From: a virus
Strand: one strand, 5' to 3'
Virus record (IMG/VR): IMGVR_UViG_3300045988_012347
Span: 1 to 5,929 of that record
Length of the DNA: 5,929 bases
Shown: in pieces, positions 1 through 4,982 of the stretch
How the letters are laid out: the number at the start of each line of letters is the position of its first letter
Numbering within the stretch: the stretch's first letter is position 1
Program-made: the position numbers and the translations under genes
The notes under the pieces: model-generated
What the model was told of the DNA's origin: nothing
Databases searched by the model: none
What the model saw: the letters and a program-made list of their open reading frames with translations, nothing else

Positions 1-119
1 ATGTTTTTCGTCCGCTTTGCAGTCTGCGTGAAACGTCGCTGGTCGCCACGGCCTGCGCCGCTACGATGTGCCATTGTGTCACCTCCTTTTATCCTTTGTC
101 TGCATTGTATCAAAAAAAC
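1..119. repeat. Terminal direct repeat, left copy (circular-genome assembly overlap)
   Basis: Nt 1-119 match nt 5811-5929 base for base, implying a circular unit of 5810 nt. On the minus strand this copy carries the first 74 nt (1-74) of the small basic ORF whose complete copy is at 5768-5884. It also carries that ORF's SD and the -10 box of promoter P1. Confidence 0.95.
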
Positions 120-132
120 TCCCGGCTGTCAA
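104..132 (-). promoter_or_regulatory. Sigma70/SigA-type promoter P1 for the main (structural/lysis) operon
   Basis: The minus strand reads TTGACA (127-132), a 17-nt spacer, TGa (110-112) and TACAAT (104-109). That is a perfect -35, optimal spacing, an extended -10 TG and a 5/6 -10. It lies about 20 nt upstream of the AAAGGAGGTGA SD and the ATG (74, equivalent to 5884) of the basic ORF. Confidence 0.7.
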
Positions 133-140
133 CCGGGAGT
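112..140 (-). terminator. Rho-independent terminator ending the 60-aa ORF cassette and the genome-length transcript
   Basis: Minus strand: ACTCCCGG-TTGACAG-CCGGGAGT, a perfect 8-bp GC-rich stem (118-125/133-140) with a 7-nt loop. It runs straight into seven T residues (the last stem T plus 112-117). It sits 11 nt downstream of the TAA stop at 151-153. Confidence 0.85.
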
Positions 141-150
141 TTGCTTTTGT

Positions 151-333
151 TTACGCGAAAATTTCCGTTTTGTCGATTCTGTGCAGCTCTACAGAATCGA
201 TGCCTCTCAAGTTTGCAAGCTTACTGCAAAAGTCTCTTGCTTCTTTGGTTTTTAAGCATCTGATTTCATATGTGCTTGTGCAGTCATCATGTTTTGTGAT
301 GACGAGGAACTTGTATTTCTTTTGTTCTGCCAT
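151..333 (-). CDS. Hypothetical 60-aa protein (orphan accessory gene with its own promoter and terminator)
   Basis: Track ORF 151-342 begins at a GTG inside the SD. The real start is most likely ATG 333-331, preceded by AAAGGAAGGTGA with a spacer of about 5-7 nt. Product: MAEQKKYKFLVITKHDDCTSTYEIRCLKTKEARDFCSKLANLRGIDSVELHRIDKTEIFA. It has no recognisable motif and no TM segment. It is flanked by promoter P2 and a strong terminator. Confidence 0.7.
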   Translation of the reverse strand: MAEQKKYKFLVITKHDDCTSTYEIRCLKTKEARDFCSKLANLRGIDSVELHRIDKTEIFA

Positions 334-360
334 TTCTATCACCTTCCTTTTTGTGATTAT

Positions 361-389
361 ATTCTACCATTTTTCATTGAAAAAGTCAA
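361..389 (-). promoter_or_regulatory. Sigma70/SigA-type promoter P2 driving the 60-aa ORF
   Basis: The minus strand reads TTGACT (384-389), a 17-nt spacer, TGg (367-369) and TAGAAT (361-366). An A/T-rich UP-like tract (390-420) lies upstream. The SD starts about 11 nt and the ATG about 28 nt downstream of the -10. Confidence 0.75.
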
Positions 390-429
390 TGTTTTTTTGA
401 AAAAAGTTTAAATAAATCTTGCATTGATG

Positions 430-471
430 GCCGTCCGTTCGGCTCTGGTGAGCCGACGAAGAGAGGACGGC
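430..471 (-). other. Long imperfect hairpin immediately downstream of the VP4 stop codon
   Basis: The outer stem GCCGTCC (430-436)/GGACGGC (465-471) has 7 bp. The inner stem CGTTCGGCTC (437-445)/GAGCCGACG (450-458) has 9 bp with a TGGT loop. There is a 6-nt asymmetric bulge at 459-464. The hairpin begins 13 nt after the TAG at 484-486. No adjacent T-run follows on the minus strand, so this is not a canonical terminator. Confidence 0.5.
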
Positions 472-483
472 GCGACGTTTAGG

Positions 484-1488
484 CTAGATTCCGGTCCGTT
501 CCTTTATTGGCTCACGCCATTTTTGTTTCTGCTTGTCTTTCTCCTTCTGGATTTCGAGGTATGTCGAGTACAATACACTCGTGTTTTGCTCAAGGTTTAC
601 GAGACTTAGCACCGCGTTTCTCCTTCTTTTGGCTCTTACCTCTCTCAGCTCGTCAGAATGGGCCTTGAAATAGCTTTCAGCGTCTTGGTTGGTATCCTTA
701 TCGAGTAGCTTGTCAAAGTACCTCGGTGGCTTTTTCTGCCGCCCTCCAGCGCACGTTATGTTATCGGTTTCAAGTATTTCGTTCATGTGCTCTTTAAGGT
801 ACTTCTCCCCGATGCCTTTTGACATGATTCTAAACTCTGGTTCTCTGCCTTGCATCCAGTATTTTGCATTCTGCTCTGCGCCGATGGCTTTCTTGTTGAC
901 GTACTGCGCTACATACGCGTATGAACCCGGTGCTGCTGGTGAGAAGTCTACAAAGCCTTTTCCCCAGAGGTTTGTTAGCCACTCGCTCTTGAAGTACGAG
1001 TTGCCTTTCTGGTTTTTGTACCACTGTCCATCCTCCGGCTTTAATCCAAAGAAAATTCCGTGATAGTGCGGTCGCTTTGTCCTGTCTCCGTATTCGCCCG
1101 CAATAAAGTACTTTATCGGCTTCTTGTATGCCTTTCTTAGACGTTTTAGAAATAGCTGTACGTCTCTTTTACTTACTGTCTGAGATTGTATACTCTGGTA
1201 GCCTTTTATGATTTCTCCATAAGGTACGTTTTCTTCGTCATAGGTCATCGTTACAAAAATCACGTCTTCCCAGTCTTTTGCTTCAAGCTCGATTCTCGTT
1301 GCCCACTGGTCGGCCATTTGTTTTCTGCAATACTCACACTGCCCACAAGGTAATAACGCGAGGCTTCCTTTTTTGACGCCGTCCATGATGGTTATTTCCA
1401 TGCCCTGCTTCTTTAGGTTTCTTAAACTTCCCCACATTCGCGGCTTGTTCAAGTTCATCTGAAAAACATTCGGATTTGTACATGGCAT
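484..1488 (-). CDS. VP4: Rolling-circle replication initiator protein (Microviridae VP4 / gpA-like HUH endonuclease)
   Basis: 334 aa. The N-terminus MPCTNP is typical of gokushovirus VP4. A CxxCxxC cluster (PCGQCEYCR) is present. RCR motif 1 is FVTMTYD. The HUH motif is PHYHGIFFG (H codons at 1066-1068 and 1060-1062). The double-tyrosine motif AYVAQYVNKK (Y codons at 913-915 and 901-903) is nearly identical to the phiX174 gpA active-site segment YVAKYVNKK. Confidence 0.93.
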   Translation of the reverse strand: MPCTNPNVFQMNLNKPRMWGSLRNLKKQGMEITIMDGVKKGSLALLPCGQCEYCRKQMADQWATRIELEAKDWEDVIFVTMTYDEENVPYGEIIKGYQSIQSQTVSKRDVQLFLKRLRKAYKKPIKYFIAGEYGDRTKRPHYHGIFFGLKPEDGQWYKNQKGNSYFKSEWLTNLWGKGFVDFSPAAPGSYAYVAQYVNKKAIGAEQNAKYWMQGREPEFRIMSKGIGEKYLKEHMNEILETDNITCAGGRQKKPPRYFDKLLDKDTNQDAESYFKAHSDELREVRAKRRRNAVLSLVNLEQNTSVLYSTYLEIQKEKDKQKQKWREPIKERTGI

Positions 1489-1540
1489 ATTATCTGGCCC
1501 AAGCTTACTTGTCTATCTTGGGCCAGTTGACACCTCCTTT
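1489..1540 (-). promoter_or_regulatory. VP4 translation-initiation region: strong SD separated from the AUG by a perfect 10-bp hairpin
   Basis: Minus strand: AAAGGAGGTG (1531-1540) TCAA [CTGGCCCAAG-13 nt loop-CTTGGGCCAG] (1494-1526) ATAAT ATG (1488). The linear SD-AUG distance is 42 nt, or 9 nt if the helix is closed. An in-frame TAG inside the loop rules out an upstream start. Confidence 0.6.
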
Positions 1541-1550
1541 CACTCTAAGT

Positions 1551-1738
1551 TGCGTGTGCGTGCGTGTTTCACGCGCGCGCGCGCAGATGCTGTTTACCTT
1601 AGCTTCGTCTCCCCAGCGACAGCCCCCGCGCTAGGGGGCGCCGTCGCAAGGGGGCCGCAAACTTGTTTTGCGGCCCCTGTTTCTACAGAGCTTTTTTGTT
1701 CTGATACTCTTCTTTTGGTTCCCCTGTGCTGGGGAACC
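1551..1738. other. GC-rich cluster of four stable hairpins in the large noncoding region (candidate ssDNA origin, packaging element or structured RNA)
   Basis: H1 (1551-1585) pairs two alternating Pu/Py tracts, (TG/CG)n and (CG)6, into 16 pairs including 3 T.G, with a TTT loop. H2 (1616-1647) is GCGAC..GCCCCC-GCGCTA-GGGGGC..GTCGC. H3 (1651-1677) is GGGGCCGCAAA/TTTGCGGCCCC, 11 bp with a 5-nt loop. H4 (1717-1738) is GGTTCCCC/GGGGAACC, 8 bp with a 6-nt loop. A 9-mer ACCTTAGCT is repeated at 1596-1604 and 1736-1744. No ORF with an SD is present. Confidence 0.6.
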
Positions 1739-1815
1739 TTAGCTCTGCGCGGAAGGGTTTTGTTTTGCTCTACTTGCTTTATTATATAACTTGTTGTAGT
1801 CGTAGTAGTAGTAGC

Positions 1816-1980
1816 GTGGAAACTGTTGAAAACACTAAATTATAGCGTTGATACGCATAATTATCGCCCCTTTTTCTGTTGAAAGTTTTGTTGAAAACTT
1901 GTTTAAATGTTGAAAACTTGTTTTTGTCTTCAACTATGGTTGTTTTTCCTGTTGAAAACTCTGTGGAGAATGTTGAAAAC
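1816..1980. repeat. Iteron-like array of the 10-mer TGTTGAAAAC
   Basis: Perfect copies lie at 1824-1833, 1889-1898, 1908-1917, 1950-1959 and 1971-1980. A variant TGTTGAAAGT lies at 1877-1886. An inverted 8/9 copy (GTCTTCAAC) lies at 1926-1934. Two copies extend to an identical 16-mer TGTTGAAAACTTGTTT (1889-1904, 1908-1923). The outermost copies extend to GTGGA-N3-TGTTGAAAAC (1816-1833, 1963-1980). The array is AT-rich, noncoding and sits between the VP2 stop and the GC-rich hairpins. Confidence 0.85.
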
Positions 1981-2000
1981 TGAAGTTTTCCACAATTTGT

Positions 2001-2846
2001 TTAATTGCCTGTGTAGCCTCTCATTGGGCTTGTGTTCGGCATCAGCGGAACATTTTTCAGGTGGTCGCTCCACTTTCTTGCTCCTTCGTCAACCGTTTTT
2101 CTCACGTTGTTGCCTATTTCTTTGCCTGTGTCTAGGAGTTTGTCTCCGAGTTCGTTGGCCATATAGCTATAGTCTGCCACTTGTTTTGCGCTTGACTGTG
2201 CAAGGCTGCTTGCGGCTTCTTTCCAGCTCTTTGCCGAGTGGTATTGCTTCGCGCTCGTGGCTTTCTTTGCCAGCTCTAAATACCGGTTTGCTAGCTCTGC
2301 CGTGTTGTTGCCATACTCGTACATTGCTGAGACAGACGCTGCTTGTGCGCTCTGCTGGTTATATCTCTGTGTTCCGATACTTGCTGATGCTCCTGACGGT
2401 GTTGCTGTTGCTCCGTTGTTTGCCGCCAGAATTGGATTTATGCCGGCTGCTATCATGTCTTTTACGGTGTCTTGATACGCTGTGCCTCGCATTTCCTTTT
2501 CAAAGGCTCTCTCTGCCGCTGCTTCGGCGCTGTTGTACTTTTTTGCGCTTGCTTGGCTTCCCGCGTTCATGATGTTACTGAGCATCGACGACATAAAGCT
2601 CATCATGTTCGCATTGGTTACGCTTCCCTGATTGCTGTACGTTCCGAAGCCCGTCGGCGTTCCGATTTGCGTAGAACCGATTTGCTGCGGAGCCGTCAGA
2701 CTGCCTGTGGTTGTCTCGTTTCCGTCGTTGTACTCTTGTCCGCCTCTGTCTGTTTTCGTTGCGCTGGAACTGTTTGAATTTGTGATGACATTGCTTAACA
2801 GGCTAAGTCCCTGCATCACAAAAGGCATCCATGATAAAAGACTCAT
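2001..2846 (-). CDS. VP2: Minor capsid / DNA pilot protein (Microviridae VP2)
   Basis: 281 aa. It has a hydrophobic N-terminus, and the rest is Ala/Ser/Gln/Asn/Gly/Thr-rich and low in complexity. It contains the conserved gokushovirus VP2 segment AYQDTVKDMIAAGINPILA (the AG-[LI]-NP-x-L motif). Its position directly after VP1 fits the family gene order. The start is ATG 2846-2844. The SD AAGGAG (2877-2882) lies upstream of the intervening hairpin. Confidence 0.8.
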   Translation of the reverse strand: MSLLSWMPFVMQGLSLLSNVITNSNSSSATKTDRGGQEYNDGNETTTGSLTAPQQIGSTQIGTPTGFGTYSNQGSVTNANMMSFMSSMLSNIMNAGSQASAKKYNSAEAAAERAFEKEMRGTAYQDTVKDMIAAGINPILAANNGATATPSGASASIGTQRYNQQSAQAASVSAMYEYGNNTAELANRYLELAKKATSAKQYHSAKSWKEAASSLAQSSAKQVADYSYMANELGDKLLDTGKEIGNNVRKTVDEGARKWSDHLKNVPLMPNTSPMRGYTGN

Positions 2847-2874
2847 TCAAAAATAGCCGGGACTTTGCCCGGCT
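2847..2874 (-). terminator. Intrinsic terminator/attenuator between VP1 and VP2
   Basis: Minus strand: AGCCGGG-CAAAGT-CCCGGCT, a perfect 7-bp stem (2855-2861/2868-2874) with a 6-nt loop, followed by ATTTTTGA (2847-2854) and then the VP2 ATG. It lies 10 nt after the VP1 TAA stop. Confidence 0.7.
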
Positions 2875-2884
2875 TTCTCCTTTC

Positions 2885-4543
2885 TTAAATTCTTTCGATT
2901 CCCGGAATGCTGTAGATGGGCATTTCCCGGAACCATGTTTCGTTGTACCAGAAGTCACAAAGGAACTGGTGCGCCTTTGCGCTTGTTACCGCAATCGTGC
3001 GGTCAATGTTTTCGCGTCCTTCCTGAATCCACTCCGCCGACAGTGTCGGCAGAGTGTCGTAATCGTCCGCATAGTGCCATGCATCCAGAGACTTTTTGTA
3101 GTTTGAACGCATTTCGCCGGTCACATAGGAAGGTTTGTACCTGTAGTCGGCCCAGCACTCCTGATACCCGAAGATTTCGTCATCTTTTTCCGTACCCTGT
3201 GCGAAGATTTCGCGGTTATATACCGGCTGTTCTCCGAGTGCCGCTAGCCGCGGGTCGTAGTATGTGAATCTTCCTTTTCGCGTCCATTTGGTTGTGAGTC
3301 CCTGCTGGTAGCTGTGCTCCACTCGTACCACTGCCAGACCGATGATATACCCGTACTCAGTTGCCGCGTAGTCCACCATCTGTTTGCTACAGGTCGTCAG
3401 ACTGTATGCCGCCGTGTTGCCCAGTGCCTGACCGGTCTGTTCGTCCGTCTGGCTTGTCTGGATGACCTGATTGACATTGATAGCGATTCTCTGCCCGCCG
3501 ATGTACTCCGGGATTTGCAGGCGGCTGTCCGGGCTTGTCACTCCCCATGTGCCGGAAAGGAACTCGCGGTAGCGCGTGCCATTTCTGGCATCGGCCTCGA
3601 AGATGTGTTGCAATGCGATGGCCTGTCTCAGGTCGTTGATGGTTATTGCGGTTACGCTGCTGAGGTCTGCCCCCAGGTATGCCGATGCTGAGTTTGTGTC
3701 GTCATTTTCATCTTTTCCAGATACCAGTGTGACACTGTTTTTGTAGTCTTCTCCGTTGTTTCCGCTGTTGTACATCGTCGGGTTGCTGTAATTGGTACTG
3801 ATAAGTTCTATTGTTTGTTTGAACTCTTGGGTTAAGTTTCTGTCGTCGTACATCTTTACTTTTGCAGGGCCGCCCAGCGGCAGGCTGATTTCCTCTGCAT
3901 TTTTCAACGGCGAAGGTAGGCAGGATGTGAAGTAGTCGTGGAACTTACCAGCTCTTGCCGGTTTCATCGCGTACAGCGTTGCTTCGTTGGTGTTGGTCGT
4001 CTTGTCGATGGCGTTTGCGCTTGACGTCTCTTTGCTGGCGTCTGCGTTCGTGCCGCTGTCATCCGACTTTTTGTAGCCCAGCATTAACGGCGCTTCGAGG
4101 TTTTCATCTCGAAACCACTCGTTGTAAATCATCGCATAGGCCCGCGCCGGGAGTGCGTTTACCTTCAGTGCGTTGGTCACTTCGGTCGGCAATCCGAAAT
4201 AGTCGCCAATACTGCCGTTTGCGAGTCCGCTTGTGCCGCCGATTGTGCAGGTTGGAGTGGAATACTCCGTCTTTTCTGCCCAGTAATCGGTGTTGTTCTC
4301 GCCGAACATATTTTCAAAGTGTTCCCACAAGAGACGTGACGGTACAAAGAAAAAGTATGTGTCCATGTAGCAGTTATCCATGATGGGATAGATAGGCGTA
4401 CTCATACGGATAAGGCCGTTCAGCTGTACTCTCGCGGTATCACCCGGGAGCACTTCGTCCATATAGATAGGCACCAACTCGCCTTCGTTGATGGTCGTCA
4501 ACAGCTGGTGTCCTCGGTCAAATTTAGACCGTGGTCTCTGCAT
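2885..4543 (-). CDS. VP1: Major capsid protein (Microviridae VP1 / F-like)
   Basis: 552 aa and the largest ORF. The N-terminal segment SKFDRGHQLLTTINEGELVPIYMDEVLPGDT matches the conserved Microviridae capsid N-terminus (F-D-x-S/G-H..T...G.L.P....EVLPGDT). Length is typical for gokushovirus-like VP1. Confidence 0.95.
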   Translation of the reverse strand: MQRPRSKFDRGHQLLTTINEGELVPIYMDEVLPGDTARVQLNGLIRMSTPIYPIMDNCYMDTYFFFVPSRLLWEHFENMFGENNTDYWAEKTEYSTPTCTIGGTSGLANGSIGDYFGLPTEVTNALKVNALPARAYAMIYNEWFRDENLEAPLMLGYKKSDDSGTNADASKETSSANAIDKTTNTNEATLYAMKPARAGKFHDYFTSCLPSPLKNAEEISLPLGGPAKVKMYDDRNLTQEFKQTIELISTNYSNPTMYNSGNNGEDYKNSVTLVSGKDENDDTNSASAYLGADLSSVTAITINDLRQAIALQHIFEADARNGTRYREFLSGTWGVTSPDSRLQIPEYIGGQRIAINVNQVIQTSQTDEQTGQALGNTAAYSLTTCSKQMVDYAATEYGYIIGLAVVRVEHSYQQGLTTKWTRKGRFTYYDPRLAALGEQPVYNREIFAQGTEKDDEIFGYQECWADYRYKPSYVTGEMRSNYKKSLDAWHYADDYDTLPTLSAEWIQEGRENIDRTIAVTSAKAHQFLCDFWYNETWFREMPIYSIPGIERI

Positions 4544-4568
4544 TCGCGGTACTTGCGCGAAGTGCGAT

Positions 4569-4982
4569 TCACTGTTCCGGTTTATTGTCGTTCACCTCTT
4601 CCTTTTTTTCCTCCTGCTTCGGCGGTTCGGTCTTCTGCTCCTTCTTCAGCTGTTCCAGCGTTTCCGCTGCCGCCTGTGCTTTCTCGTGCATTGTTACCAC
4701 GTCCTTAGGCAGGTTTTCCAACGGCGTCCCCTCGGTGTATACCATGCTCTTTGCCTTGATGCTTATATCGCCAGCTTCCAGCCGTGCGATTGCGCTTGCG
4801 AGGTCGTAGCCCTCACCGGCCCGCTGGATTTTCTCGTATACGTTCTCGGGCGGCTGTTCGATGTACTCGGTTGTGCCGTTCGCCCGCTTCACTGCTTTCC
4901 ACGTCGGTGCCATTTCTGAGCCTGCCTTGTTCGGCACTCTCTCGGTCGGCATCCCGAAGAACTTTACGTTAGGATTTGTCAT
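4569..4982 (-). CDS. VP3: Internal scaffolding protein (Microviridae VP3-like)
   Basis: The track ORF starts at TTG 4988. ATG 4982-4980 is preceded by AAAGGAG with a 7-nt spacer, giving 137 aa (MTNPNVKFF...). The segment NVYEKIQRAGEGYDLASAIARLEAGDISI resembles the gokushovirus VP3 core (Y-E-x-IQ...D-[IL]..I..R...GD). The C-terminal tail is charged. The position immediately upstream of VP1 fits the family order. Confidence 0.7.
   Translation of the reverse strand: MTNPNVKFFGMPTERVPNKAGSEMAPTWKAVKRANGTTEYIEQPPENVYEKIQRAGEGYDLASAIARLEAGDISIKAKSMVYTEGTPLENLPKDVVTMHEKAQAAAETLEQLKKEQKTEPPKQEEKKEEVNDNKPEQ

Noticed and set aside
334-342. GTG/TTG-extended starts given by the track at 342, 4988 and 5235.
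   Set aside because: In each case the alternative start codon lies within or immediately next to the SD (GGTGA or GGAGTTTGG). A downstream ATG (333, 4982, 5226) sits at canonical 5-7 nt spacing.
830-1024. The 64-aa minus-strand ORF nested out of frame within VP4, considered as a possible phiX-style overlapping gene.
   Set aside because: It has no SD and an Arg/Gln-rich composition typical of an off-frame read, and nothing supports it from sequence alone. I also found no convincing SD-preceded internal in-frame start in VP4 that would give an A*-like product.
1494-1540. Resemblance of GTCAACTGG...GATAGAC (minus strand) to the phiX174 origin core CAACTTGATATTAATAAC.
   Set aside because: Only short fragments (CAACT, GATA) match, which is insufficient to call a nick site. 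I kept it only as an alternative explanation in the VP4 hairpin finding.
1690-1760. A hammerhead-like or other small self-cleaving ribozyme, or a tRNA, in the structured noncoding region (for example CTGATAC near 1700).
   Set aside because: The conserved hammerhead core (CUGANGA ... GAAA) is not present. No cloverleaf with acceptor, anticodon and T arms could be drawn.
1781-1844. Two perfect TATAAT hexamers on the minus strand (1781-1786 and 1839-1844), considered as promoters for VP4.
   Set aside because: Neither has an acceptable -35 (3/6 or fewer at 17-18 nt) or an extended -10 TG, and the region is AT-rich, so such hexamers occur by chance. An internal VP4 promoter remains possible but is unsupported.
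1816-1980. Interpreting the TGTTGAAAAC repeats as a CRISPR array.
   Set aside because: The repeats are only 10-18 nt with irregular spacers of 2-43 nt, there are no cas genes, and the context is a 5.8-kb phage. This is iteron-like, not CRISPR.
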